Part shown: positions 45,414-55,017 of the stretch, one piece after another | How the letters are laid out: every line of letters starts with the position of its first letter | How positions within the stretch are numbered: position 1 is the first letter of the stretch | Notes under the pieces: model-generated | Database searches by the model: none | What the model was told of the DNA's origin: nothing | Seen by the model: the letters and a program-made list of their open reading frames with translations, nothing else | Made by a program: the position numbers and the translations under genes | DNA from: an uncultured Thermoprotei archaeon | GTDB lineage: Archaea > Thermoproteota > Thermoprotei > Thermofilales > B15-G2 | DNA: 64,000 nt | Assembly (NCBI GenBank): GCA_965367815.1 | Contig: CBDUKN010000003.1 | Location: 68,794-132,793 of the forward strand | Reading direction: 5' to 3'

Positions 45414-47465
45414 GTGAAGAAAAAGCTGGCTATCGTTTTATTCTCATTAATTGCACTAGCTTTATGTGCAATATACTTTACTCAACAATATTTTCTCCCG
45501 AGGAAAGAGCATAAAGTAACTATAATCAGGGATATCTACGGTATACCGCACATCTACGGCGAGACAGACGCCGACGTAATGTTTGGATTCGGCTACGCTC
45601 AAGCAGAAGACCACTTGCTGGACATGATATTCAATTACCTTACTGCTACAGGCAGACTCTCCGAATTCTACGGCAAGAAGTATCTGAAAAGCGATTTCAT
45701 TGTACACTTATTTGGTGTCCCCGAGGCGGCTTCAAAGTACCGTGAGCAGCTTTCAGGCGAAGTAATAGAGCTAATTGAAGCATTTTACTGCGGAGTAAAC
45801 AAGTATATTGAAGAGCACTTAAACGAGCTTCCAGCCGAACTACAGTCCTACAGAGTTACTGTAAAAGATGTAGTAGCTTGGTGCTACTATATCCAGCTTT
45901 CGAGGCCATTGGGAGACGCTTTCAAAGAGCTTAATGTAAGCATAGGTTATAAGATTCCATTAGTCGCCGACTACTCTAATGAGTGTGCTTTAGCTCCCTG
46001 GAAAACAGCAGTTAACGCAACAATGCTGCTAGGAGACCCTCATCTGCCTTGGTACGGTATGAACAGGTGGTATGAAGCACATCTCATTGGAGACAAGCTC
46101 AATGTCTATGGAGCAACTTTCTACGGAGTACCCTTCATAATAATAGGTTTTAACGATAAAATAGCATGGACTTTCACAAGAAACAGTGTAGACCTCGCAG
46201 ACATTTTCATAGAAAAACTCAATCCAAGTGATCCCCGAAAATACTTAATTGGAAATAAGTGGCTTGAACTTAAAGAAAAAATTATTGAAATAAGAGTAAA
46301 AACTAGCAGCGGATACGAGTACTATAAGCAGAAAGTCTATTACTCAATACACGGACCAGTAGTCCACGTAGACTTAGAGAGACTTAAAGCATACAGCGTA
46401 GCACTAGAAGGAATAGAAGTACTAACTTTCATAGAGCAGCTCTACCGAATGAATACTGCGAGAAACCTAAAAGAATTCATCAGCGCTCTAAAGCTCAGAG
46501 GAGTTCTTCTATGGAATATTCTCTACGCCGACGTAGAAGGCAACATCTTCTACCTATACAACGCCAGAATACACGTTAAATCAGAGAAATACCACCCAGA
46601 AAAACCTAGACCCGGGTGGCTTGAGGATGCTCAGTGGGGCGAAACATACCCCTTCGAGAAACTACCCTCAATACTCAACCCTAAGTCAGGCTTTATTCAA
46701 AATAATAACGTCGCGCCGTGGAATACTACAGTAGACCACGGACTAAATCCAGCAGACTACCCTGTCTACCTAGTTGAAGGAAGAGGAACTAATGATAGAG
46801 GTATAAGAGCATTCAATGTACTCAAAGAAGCACGCAACTTCACAGTAGAAGACGCGCTAGCTTTAGCGACAGACACTTATCTAATTAGAGCAGAAAAATA
46901 CATACCGCTAATACTTGAAGCAGCTAAAAACAAGAGTCTTTCAGGAGAATTAAAGAAGGCAGTAGAGCTTCTCGGAGAATGGGACTACAGAGCAGACGCT
47001 AATTCAACAGCCATAACTATTTTCTACTACTGGTGGAAGTACTACACTAAAACCGGCGACATTTGGGAGAGCTTGGTGAAAGCCGTAGACTTTATTAAAA
47101 GAAATTATGGTCGAATTGAAGTAAAGTGGGGTGAGGTACACGTAATAGAGAGAGGAGGTGTGAGACTGCCTTTATCAGGTGGAACAAAAGGCTTGCCGGC
47201 ACTATGGATGGCTACGGGGCCCGTGAAAAACAACATTATGGTATGTAACAGCGGGTCGTCTTTTACAATGCTAGTAGTATTGAAGAAAAATAATGTTACG
47301 GCATATACGCTCATACCCTATGGCGAAAGCGAGGATCCTTCATCAAAGCACTACATGGACCAAATGTTCCTTAAAAGCAGATCAAAGCTCAAGAAAGTAT
47401 TCTTTTACTATAATGAAGTAGTGAAGTATTCAGAGAGAACAACAGTACTTTACTTTAAGAGCTAG
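45414..47465 (+). CDS. Penicillin amidase/acylase family Ntn hydrolase (peptidase S45), secreted or membrane-anchored
   Basis: 683 aa with an N-terminal hydrophobic anchor. It contains IIRDIYGIPHIYGETDADVMFGFGYAQAEDHLLDM (alpha-chain signature) and a putative autoprocessing/nucleophile Ser188-Asn (SNECALAP...LLGDPHLPW). The Ser codon is at 45975-45977. Confidence 0.85.
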   Translation: MKKKLAIVLFSLIALALCAIYFTQQYFLPRKEHKVTIIRDIYGIPHIYGETDADVMFGFGYAQAEDHLLDMIFNYLTATGRLSEFYGKKYLKSDFIVHLFGVPEAASKYREQLSGEVIELIEAFYCGVNKYIEEHLNELPAELQSYRVTVKDVVAWCYYIQLSRPLGDAFKELNVSIGYKIPLVADYSNECALAPWKTAVNATMLLGDPHLPWYGMNRWYEAHLIGDKLNVYGATFYGVPFIIIGFNDKIAWTFTRNSVDLADIFIEKLNPSDPRKYLIGNKWLELKEKIIEIRVKTSSGYEYYKQKVYYSIHGPVVHVDLERLKAYSVALEGIEVLTFIEQLYRMNTARNLKEFISALKLRGVLLWNILYADVEGNIFYLYNARIHVKSEKYHPEKPRPGWLEDAQWGETYPFEKLPSILNPKSGFIQNNNVAPWNTTVDHGLNPADYPVYLVEGRGTNDRGIRAFNVLKEARNFTVEDALALATDTYLIRAEKYIPLILEAAKNKSLSGELKKAVELLGEWDYRADANSTAITIFYYWWKYYTKTGDIWESLVKAVDFIKRNYGRIEVKWGEVHVIERGGVRLPLSGGTKGLPALWMATGPVKNNIMVCNSGSSFTMLVVLKKNNVTAYTLIPYGESEDPSSKHYMDQMFLKSRSKLKKVFFYYNEVVKYSERTTVLYFKS

Positions 47466-47545
47466 CGCAGGAGTAGAGATTTCTTTGATACCTAGAAATA
47501 CTTGATACATAGAAAAGTTAATATTTATGAATTTCGGTAGGGTGA

Positions 47546-50500
47546 TTGATGTTAAACAAGAGTAAAGCGACTTCTTTACTTCTAGCAACTCTACTTGTAT
47601 TCGGCTTCTATTACGCTGAAGCTGTTCTCTCTCAGCCCAACATACTTAAGCTCCTCGCTGGATCCTGGAGAGCAACTAAAGCTGGCTGGATAATAGTTCA
47701 CATAGAAGGAGACCCCTACAGAAGAGGTTTCCAGCACGGCTACTGGCTGGCAGACGAAATAGTAGAGTCTATTGGCGCACTCAAGCTATACCTTCAACAC
47801 TACCACGGTATTTCCTGGAAACAGGCAGTAAATCTCTCGGTTAGCTTAATGTGGTCTAAAGTCCCTGCAGAGCTTCAGAGCGAAATCTTCGGCATAGCAG
47901 ATGGAGTAAGAATAAGAGGCTACGATATTACTTGGAAAGATATTTTTACAAGCAATGCTTTCATGGACCTCGAAAGCTACCTTAATTCAAGGCGCCTCAG
48001 TAGTACTTCACACTACTTGTTCCTAGAGCTCCACTCAAGGTGCTCCGGCTTCATAGCCACGGGAAGCGCTACTAAAGACGGAGGAATAGTAGTAGCCCAC
48101 AATACTTGGTTTGCGTACTTCGTAGCCAGGTACTTCAATGTATTCATACACATTAAGCCCGATAAAGGCTACGAAATCTTCATGCAGAGCTTTCCCGGCT
48201 ACATGTGGAGCGGCACAGACTGGTACATAACTAGTGCAGGGCTAGTTATATCTGAGACAACTATCTCTATGTCGCTTTTCAATGAGTCAGGAATACCTGT
48301 ATTCGTTAGAGCGAGAATGGCCGCCCAGTACGCGTCCAGTATAGACGAGTGGGTAAACATAATGCTCACAGGAAACAACGGAGCATACTCCAATAGATGG
48401 TACCTCGGAGACATCAAAACAGGTGAAATAGCTGTAGTAGAAATAGGGCTCTCAACTTATGCAATCAACAGAACCAAAAACGGGTACTTCGTTTCAACAA
48501 ACATGGCTGTCAACCCGAAAGTAGCACAGGAGACAAGAAGTCTCTGCAGAAGCCTCGTCTGCAGCGGGTACGCCAGGTACGTGCGCCTTAATCAGCTTTT
48601 TGAAGAATACTACGGTAAAATAGACCTTGAGCTAGCTAAGAAGTTTATTTCAGACGACTACGACGTCTACCTTCAGAAAAAGACTCCTACTCATCGAACA
48701 GTAAGCATGTGCGGTGAAGTAATTGGAACTCCGTGGGGAGCAGTAGACGCGAAAGTAGCAGACTCTAGTTTAATTAAGAAGCTTCAAACACTAGCTATTT
48801 GGGGTCACCCGAACAAAATGGCTTTCGATGCTGAAGATTTTCTCAAAAAGAACCCCAAGTGGAGCTGGCAGAAAGACTACTTAGTAGATTTCCCATCTAA
48901 TGAGTGGGTTCTTCTCGAGCCTTCACCTAAAGTAGGCAATTTAGCTGAACTCGAAATAGGAGTAGAGAAAGCTAAAGAGTACTTGTCAAAAGCAGTAAGT
49001 GAACTAGCTACACTGAGATCAGTAGGCATTTACTTAAAGAGACTCGAAGACCAGGCTAGCTACGCCGCCAGCTTACTTGATGAAGCGCGGAATTTAAGCG
49101 AAATAGGCGACATGTACTCTTCAGTTGTTCTTTCCCTTAGAGTAATAGCTATCTCTAAAACAATTACTAAGATGTGTGAAGTACTGGAAACGCAAGCAAT
49201 ATCTTCTTTGCCTCTGTACACATTTCTAGCAGCAATACCTATTGTTTCCCTACCGAAAGTACTTGTAGAAGAAAAAGCTAGTAGAAAAACAAGAATAGCA
49301 GTAGCTGCAGTTCTCACAATAATAATATTTTTGCTACATCCTGGAGCTCTGCTAGCCTTAAAGAAAACAGAGTACAGTGTATTCTATGACTCCCTGCTAT
49401 GGTTTATTTTCGCTGCAGTATTCTTCTACACGCTAGTAGAGCTACTTCCATCTAAAGCTCCAGAAAAACCCAATCCAAGTGGATTCCAGCTACTATCAGC
49501 TTTCTTCGCGTACCTAAATATGAGCTTCCGGAACTTCAGAAAACGCAAACTCCGCTTCTTCTTAACGCTCACTACAATAGTTCTAGCTCTATCAGGTATA
49601 CTGGCTTTTACTTCAACTGAAGTAAGCCCGGGCCCAATGCTACTAGAAAGTATGCCGAGCGGTACTTGTGAAAACTTTATTGTAGTTAGGGGAAGAAGCT
49701 ACCGGCCAGTACCTTCAAGTATACTCGACTTAACTAAAGACCTTCCGCACACGGAAATAAGGTACGGCACCGGAATATCTTCGTACTACAGAGCTAGAGT
49801 CTACTTGCCTAAAGGAAGAGTATGGTTCTACGGAATACTAGCTGTTGAAGACAAGTACACTTCCAGTATGCTGAAGAAATATATTGTTGAGGGAAGACTG
49901 CCGGAGAACTCGGGTGAAATAGCACTACCTTCATATACTAAAAACTATGGAGCAAAGCTAGGCTCTAAGATAACAGTATACATTGGAGGCGCGGGCTGGT
50001 ATAAGCTCACAATAGTAGGCTTCTTCAGCAATAAGATAAACGAAATAAAAGATGTCGACTTAAAGTCGCCGCTACCCTACTACATTGAAACAATATATAC
50101 TGAAGGAGGAACAATTTACAGAACTAGGCCAGTCGACGGAGACCGCTTAATAATAGTATCCAGCAAAGACGTCGGCAGATTCAATTTAAGAATACTGTCA
50201 GTGCTCATACCGACGACTTCTATGGAAGACAGCTACAGGCTAATGAAAATTATACTAGACTCTGTACCCGACGTCGCAGTATACGTTGTCGGCGGAGGCT
50301 GGGTCAAAGGCTTCGTTAAAGCGGAAGTAATGAAGCTTAGAGGAGGAGAAGCAATAGTACTGCTAATCTTCGCGGGCTTAATGATGTTCGCCACAATGTC
50401 TGCGTCGCTGTACGAGAGGCTAGATGAGCTCAGAACAATGTCTGTTCTAGGGCTATCTCCGACACAGCTCCAAGTACTAGGCCTCACAGAAGACTTTATC

Positions 50501-51148
50501 TACGCCCTCCTCACAACACCTTTCTCCTTCATAGTAGGAATGTTTCTCAGCACTACTGCAGCCTACATGGGCGTAGAAGTATTAGCCTACAAGTTCTCCG
50601 CAACGTCGGCAGCAATGGTCTTCTTCTTCTCCTTCGTAATATGTGTTCTAGCATCCTATCCCGCTATCAGAAAAGCCTCTGTAGCAGCCACACCTTCACT
50701 TGAGCTGAAGTGGAAGCTCGAAGCAAAGAAAGTCAAAGGCTACAGAGGCCTACCGCTCTTCATAATAAATGTCCCCATAAGGTTCCCTGAAAAAGAAATA
50801 GACGAGGTTCTGAAAAATGTCGTCTCATACTTCAAGAGAGCTTTTAGCGAATATGGTGTTTTCGAGAGAGTAGACAATATAAGCTACGAAAAGAAGCCTG
50901 ACGAAAGAGTGCTCAAATTCAGGTACATGAGAATGAGCGAAAGAGACTTCGAAGTAGAAATCAAAGTAGTGGCCAAGAAAATACTAGAGGAAGACAGACC
51001 ATACTACAAAATGACAATATACCTTCAGCAGCTCGGCGCAGGAGCAGGCTACCGCGAATTCAACTACAGAGTGCTCTCAATGGTAAGAGAAGTGCTCCTT
51101 AAAAGTAGAGTACTGAGTTCTAAAGGCTACAAGCTTTTCAGAGACTAG
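47546..51148 (+). CDS. Fusion protein: signal peptide, C45-type Cys-Ntn hydrolase head, helical stalk, TM bundle, FtsX/MacB-type permease module, and a conserved cytoplasmic C-terminal domain
   Basis: 1200 aa. The ATG at 47549 is preceded by a GGTGAT SD. The head has WIIVHIEGDPYRRGFQHGYWLADEI and HSRC166SGFIATGSATKDGGIVVAHNTW (Cys codon 48041-48043), typical of peptidase C45/acyltransferase-like Ntn hydrolases. FtsX TM1 is FRNFRKRKLRFFLTLTTIVLALSGILAF. The MacB-PCD-like loop is VEGRLPENSGEIALPSYTKNYGAKLGSKITVY...KLTIVGFF. TM2-4 include LYERLDELRTMSVLGLSPTQL. About 155 aa follow the last TM. Confidence 0.75.
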   Translation: MMLNKSKATSLLLATLLVFGFYYAEAVLSQPNILKLLAGSWRATKAGWIIVHIEGDPYRRGFQHGYWLADEIVESIGALKLYLQHYHGISWKQAVNLSVSLMWSKVPAELQSEIFGIADGVRIRGYDITWKDIFTSNAFMDLESYLNSRRLSSTSHYLFLELHSRCSGFIATGSATKDGGIVVAHNTWFAYFVARYFNVFIHIKPDKGYEIFMQSFPGYMWSGTDWYITSAGLVISETTISMSLFNESGIPVFVRARMAAQYASSIDEWVNIMLTGNNGAYSNRWYLGDIKTGEIAVVEIGLSTYAINRTKNGYFVSTNMAVNPKVAQETRSLCRSLVCSGYARYVRLNQLFEEYYGKIDLELAKKFISDDYDVYLQKKTPTHRTVSMCGEVIGTPWGAVDAKVADSSLIKKLQTLAIWGHPNKMAFDAEDFLKKNPKWSWQKDYLVDFPSNEWVLLEPSPKVGNLAELEIGVEKAKEYLSKAVSELATLRSVGIYLKRLEDQASYAASLLDEARNLSEIGDMYSSVVLSLRVIAISKTITKMCEVLETQAISSLPLYTFLAAIPIVSLPKVLVEEKASRKTRIAVAAVLTIIIFLLHPGALLALKKTEYSVFYDSLLWFIFAAVFFYTLVELLPSKAPEKPNPSGFQLLSAFFAYLNMSFRNFRKRKLRFFLTLTTIVLALSGILAFTSTEVSPGPMLLESMPSGTCENFIVVRGRSYRPVPSSILDLTKDLPHTEIRYGTGISSYYRARVYLPKGRVWFYGILAVEDKYTSSMLKKYIVEGRLPENSGEIALPSYTKNYGAKLGSKITVYIGGAGWYKLTIVGFFSNKINEIKDVDLKSPLPYYIETIYTEGGTIYRTRPVDGDRLIIVSSKDVGRFNLRILSVLIPTTSMEDSYRLMKIILDSVPDVAVYVVGGGWVKGFVKAEVMKLRGGEAIVLLIFAGLMMFATMSASLYERLDELRTMSVLGLSPTQLQVLGLTEDFIYALLTTPFSFIVGMFLSTTAAYMGVEVLAYKFSATSAAMVFFFSFVICVLASYPAIRKASVAATPSLELKWKLEAKKVKGYRGLPLFIINVPIRFPEKEIDEVLKNVVSYFKRAFSEYGVFERVDNISYEKKPDERVLKFRYMRMSERDFEVEIKVVAKKILEEDRPYYKMTIYLQQLGAGAGYREFNYRVLSMVREVLLKSRVLSSKGYKLFRD

Positions 51149-51183
51149 AAGATTAATTTAAGACAGCTGTTTTTAATTACTCG

Positions 51184-53097
51184 ATGAATAAAACCAAGTA
51201 TTTATATACACTAGTAGCTTTACTGGCATTGAGTATATTTCTAAACGCCTTCTTAGCTGCACAGCCCATACCAAAGCTATTTTTCTGCAGAAGCAAGTCG
51301 TCGTTTTTAACACTAGTACCTGTTTCAGCGGCTACAGATACGCTCTTAATTCTGAGCGCCAACAGCTCTGAGGAAGCAGTACTCATAGCTAACTTCAAGA
51401 AGTACTACAGCGCTGAAGTAGTCGAAGCACCAGAAAATCCCCTTAAAATAGCTTTCTCGACATTAGGCACAAGTACAATAATTTTCGCTAACGTCAGCTC
51501 TCTGAAAAGCGTTCTCTACGGAGCATACTTAGCTGGAATACTCAAAAAACCTGTAGTTTTCTGCCGCGAATACAGAGTATTCAGCCAGTACTTAGCTCAG
51601 TACTCTCCCAAGAAAATATACCTAGTAGAGCTCTCTTGGAAAACAAGTGTAGAAGCGGTCTACTTCAAGAAAAGCGAAGCCGTAGTAGACTATGTCCTAA
51701 AAGAAAACCTCGCTAGAAAATTCATTGTCGTAACTAATCTAGGAGACGAGTACGCTGTAGTAGCCCCGTACTACGCTGCAATTAAAAAAGCAGTACTCTA
51801 TGTATCAAGCGACGTCACTAAAGACGAGAAGCTAGTAGAGCTCATTAAGAGAGTAGAACCAGAGTACGTAGTATACATTGCTTCCCTAAAGTACCTTAAG
51901 GGAGAAAAATATAGCACTATCAAAGACATCTACGGAGCATGCCTCAAAGGATTCGACAAAGACTACTTAATTCCAGCAGTATCTCTTCTCTCAGGAATAA
52001 GCATATTCGATGTCACTATGCTTATTGCTAAAGCAAAACTATACAACTTAGCTAAAGGAGACTGGAAGCATAGAGTAGCTCAAATCTACATGTATAACTC
52101 GTGGCCAATAGCAGTAAAGATGGCCTGGCTTCTCAAAATGTGCAATTACAGCGTAGTGTGGGTGTCATCAAACTTTAAGGGAACAAACTTGACTGCTGCA
52201 GACGTAAGCAAAGTGCTTAGAGAAAGCGGAGTACTAACTTACATAAACTTACATGGATCCCCTTACTCTATGGCTCCTACGACAGCAGGTCCCTCAGTCA
52301 TAACTCCTCGCACACTACCGCTTCTTCCTCCGACAGTAGTCTTCACTCTATCGTGTAGCACATGCGACTTCCAAGAACTGATCAGTGCCGAAAAAAGCAT
52401 AGCTTTTAGCTTCATTAGAATGGGGGCATTAGCCTACATAGGCTCACTTTACGTCGAGCTCGGAGGAGCAGAAACAAGTACAGCTCACCCAGAGCTACTG
52501 CTCATAAGTATTCTCAAGGGAAAAACTCTAGGAGAAGCAGTAAAATACGTGCTAAATCTCCACATAGGAGAGAGGAAGGAAAAAGATATTGCAGCTAGAA
52601 TACACGCAGTACTCATAGGAGACCCCGAGCTAAAAACATTCCCCAACGTAAATCTCTCCCTCTACAAGTTTAGAGTACTAGAAAAGAACAGGAAATTCGA
52701 AATAGTTCTAACTAAATCGACTACAGTAGTCTTCATAGACGAAATTGTCGTCAACGCTAAGAAAGAAGACATTAAGAAAATAGATATTCAGGGGCAGAGC
52801 GTACTCAGGTGGATTGTATACGAAGAGAAAGGTAGTAAAACAAGAATATTGGTATTCTTGTCTAGAGCTTTCTCAGAAATGGGCAATATTGTTGCTGGCG
52901 AGAAATTCATTATAACGATATATTATAAGAACCCTATGGCCCAGTACATGATAGTCTTAATAATTCTCCTAGTAGCATTATTTATAGCTGCAATAATACT
53001 AAAAGAAAGAATGAAAGCCAAGAAAACTCGAACGCGTTCAGTAGAGACCGGGCTGGATCGCTTGCCATGCGAAGGTGATACCAGTGCCCAGCGCTAG
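51184..53097 (+). CDS. Secreted, C-terminally membrane-anchored protein with a gingipain-like (peptidase C25, clan CD) catalytic core
   Basis: 637 aa with a signal-like N-terminus. KFIVVTNLGDEY...EPEYVVYIASLKYL resembles the C25 N-terminal region. The His-Gly (YINLH357GSP, codon 52252-52254) and Cys (VVFTLSC391STC, codon 52354-52356) lie 34 residues apart and are followed by GALAYIGS, as in clan CD peptidases. The C-terminal TM is YMIVLIILLVALFIAAIIL. Assignment is by eye. Confidence 0.5.
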   Translation: MNKTKYLYTLVALLALSIFLNAFLAAQPIPKLFFCRSKSSFLTLVPVSAATDTLLILSANSSEEAVLIANFKKYYSAEVVEAPENPLKIAFSTLGTSTIIFANVSSLKSVLYGAYLAGILKKPVVFCREYRVFSQYLAQYSPKKIYLVELSWKTSVEAVYFKKSEAVVDYVLKENLARKFIVVTNLGDEYAVVAPYYAAIKKAVLYVSSDVTKDEKLVELIKRVEPEYVVYIASLKYLKGEKYSTIKDIYGACLKGFDKDYLIPAVSLLSGISIFDVTMLIAKAKLYNLAKGDWKHRVAQIYMYNSWPIAVKMAWLLKMCNYSVVWVSSNFKGTNLTAADVSKVLRESGVLTYINLHGSPYSMAPTTAGPSVITPRTLPLLPPTVVFTLSCSTCDFQELISAEKSIAFSFIRMGALAYIGSLYVELGGAETSTAHPELLLISILKGKTLGEAVKYVLNLHIGERKEKDIAARIHAVLIGDPELKTFPNVNLSLYKFRVLEKNRKFEIVLTKSTTVVFIDEIVVNAKKEDIKKIDIQGQSVLRWIVYEEKGSKTRILVFLSRAFSEMGNIVAGEKFIITIYYKNPMAQYMIVLIILLVALFIAAIILKERMKAKKTRTRSVETGLDRLPCEGDTSAQR

Positions 53098-54960
53098 AGC
53101 TAGGCTTCCTCCAGCCCAGATTCCTGCAACTATGCTCAATAGGTAGTTTCTGGTCCACTCGTCTCCTTTTTTCCTCCTGATTATTTCTTTAATTATCCAG
53201 CCTATAAACGGCGAAGTAACTGAGCTCGGTAGAGCGCCTATACCCCAAGCTAAACCTATAGTAGACAGTACAGATGAAAGGAATGGCACTAGTTCCCACA
53301 CTACTCCGAAAATGAATCCTGCTATTAGCCAGTCTGGCCTAATGTAAGTGAATTTCTTTGTAATGAACATTACTAGCATCGCGGCGTCAGGGTAGAATGT
53401 TGGTGCTGGAAGTATACGTGAGGGGATGTCGTAGAGGTGCCAGAAGAGGTAGCCGAAGAACAGTCCGCTGATGCTAGCCATTATTCCTCCGATGACGTGT
53501 GCCTTGATAATGCTCATAGGCTTTGTTCTAGTGAGCTCAGCTGCCTTGAAGCCTATGCAGATTAATCCAGGGTCGCCTGTTACACCTGGACCTCCTAGGA
53601 ACGGCAGGAACCATCCTTCTACACCGTTGTAGAAGGCTATTAGTAGGGCTTGCTGAGCATACGGAATTGTTATACCTGAACCCATTAAGCCCGCGAAACG
53701 CCCAGCGCTCAGCGAGTTTACTAGTGCTAGACCTATTGTAATAGTCGGTATAAGCCATACTGGGAGATTGTCGTCGGGGTAGAACGTTATATCTACTATG
53801 TAGCTTAGTATACAGAGTCCAAGCGAGCCTATAAGCCACACTATTATACACTTCTTAGCAGACCATATTCCAAGCTCGCTTTCCTGCTCTTTGCTCAGCG
53901 AGAAAATACTCATTATTCCTTTAACAACGCCCTTAATGTTCTTGACGAAGGGCACTATTGCTGCAGCAACAGTTATTCCAATACTAATGCTTAGCCAGAA
54001 GTGGAGCATTGTCTCCATCCACACGCCTGTTAGACCAGGCCCCATCATCGGTGTACCTGGCTTCCACTTGTAGAGCCCTAGTCTCACTAGGATATTGTTT
54101 CCAAAAATCATTGTAGCTACGTAGCTTACTACAGCGCCGTAGATTACTGCGTCAGGTATAATCATTCCAATGCTTATAGCCAGAATATCGGCAGTAAAGC
54201 TCAGTGTTGCTCCGAAGAGAGGAGTATAGTCAAACATTGTTGTTAAGTCGATGTGTGTCGGGAAAATCTGTATTGGAACAGGGGATCCTGTAATAACCAT
54301 TAGCAGAGCTGGGGCAATATAGTAGGCTGTTCCGTAGAGAAATGCTATGAATGCTGAGAGACAGAAGATTTCATATCTCTTCGACTCGCCTTCCTCGGCT
54401 GCCAGGCTTTTAGCTAGCTCGGCTGCTAGAGCACCGGTTGGGAATGGAAGTTTCTCGATTTCAATGAAGATCTGTCTCATTAGGAAGGATAAGCCTACTA
54501 AGACGAGTATGCTGAAAGGTAGGCCTATGTAGCCTAGTGTAATTGGGAGAATCCAGTCTGGGTGGAAGATTGTTCTCTGTATTAAGGCGGGCGAGTTCGC
54601 TGGAGGTACTACGTATATAGGTATTTTGTCTGCTATGCCTGCCTGCCTAGTTATGGGAGATTTTCTCAAGAAGACGTTGTACGCTATTCCTGTTACAGCG
54701 CCTACTGCGGCGCTAGCGCCCCACCTTATTGTAGCTAGCTCGCTTTCGCTAAGGGGGCTTCTCATGAGTCTGGCGAGTTCTCCGAAAATAACCATTGTGA
54801 CGTAGGCGGCGTAAATAGGGCCTACGCCTATTCCTGTCGATAAAAGAACCCAGCCGAAGGCTGGGGTCATTATTAGGCTGCTGAAAATCATTGCGAGAAT
54901 AACTCTGTCAGTAAATCCTTCTCTGAGACCAGTTACGCTGGCTTCAGTCTTACCTGACAT
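53038..54960 (-). CDS. Polytopic membrane transporter-like protein (possible OPT oligopeptide-transporter superfamily), paralog 1
   Basis: 640 aa with many hydrophobic helices. The N-terminal GFTDRVILAMIF...L.TGIGVG and the later KAAELTRTKPMSIIKAHVIGG...LPAPTF resemble OPT-family patterns. It sits 57 nt downstream of the 1494-aa gene on the same strand, and GGTGAG lies 4 nt before its ATG. Confidence 0.45.
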   Translation of the reverse strand: MSGKTEASVTGLREGFTDRVILAMIFSSLIMTPAFGWVLLSTGIGVGPIYAAYVTMVIFGELARLMRSPLSESELATIRWGASAAVGAVTGIAYNVFLRKSPITRQAGIADKIPIYVVPPANSPALIQRTIFHPDWILPITLGYIGLPFSILVLVGLSFLMRQIFIEIEKLPFPTGALAAELAKSLAAEEGESKRYEIFCLSAFIAFLYGTAYYIAPALLMVITGSPVPIQIFPTHIDLTTMFDYTPLFGATLSFTADILAISIGMIIPDAVIYGAVVSYVATMIFGNNILVRLGLYKWKPGTPMMGPGLTGVWMETMLHFWLSISIGITVAAAIVPFVKNIKGVVKGIMSIFSLSKEQESELGIWSAKKCIIVWLIGSLGLCILSYIVDITFYPDDNLPVWLIPTITIGLALVNSLSAGRFAGLMGSGITIPYAQQALLIAFYNGVEGWFLPFLGGPGVTGDPGLICIGFKAAELTRTKPMSIIKAHVIGGIMASISGLFFGYLFWHLYDIPSRILPAPTFYPDAAMLVMFITKKFTYIRPDWLIAGFIFGVVWELVPFLSSVLSTIGLAWGIGALPSSVTSPFIGWIIKEIIRRKKGDEWTRNYLLSIVAGIWAGGSLALALGTGITFAWQAIQPGLY

Positions 54961-55017
54961 TATCTCACCAGACCGAAAAAGAGTGCTTTTGAAAGTATTT
55001 AAGTTTTCCTATAAGAG

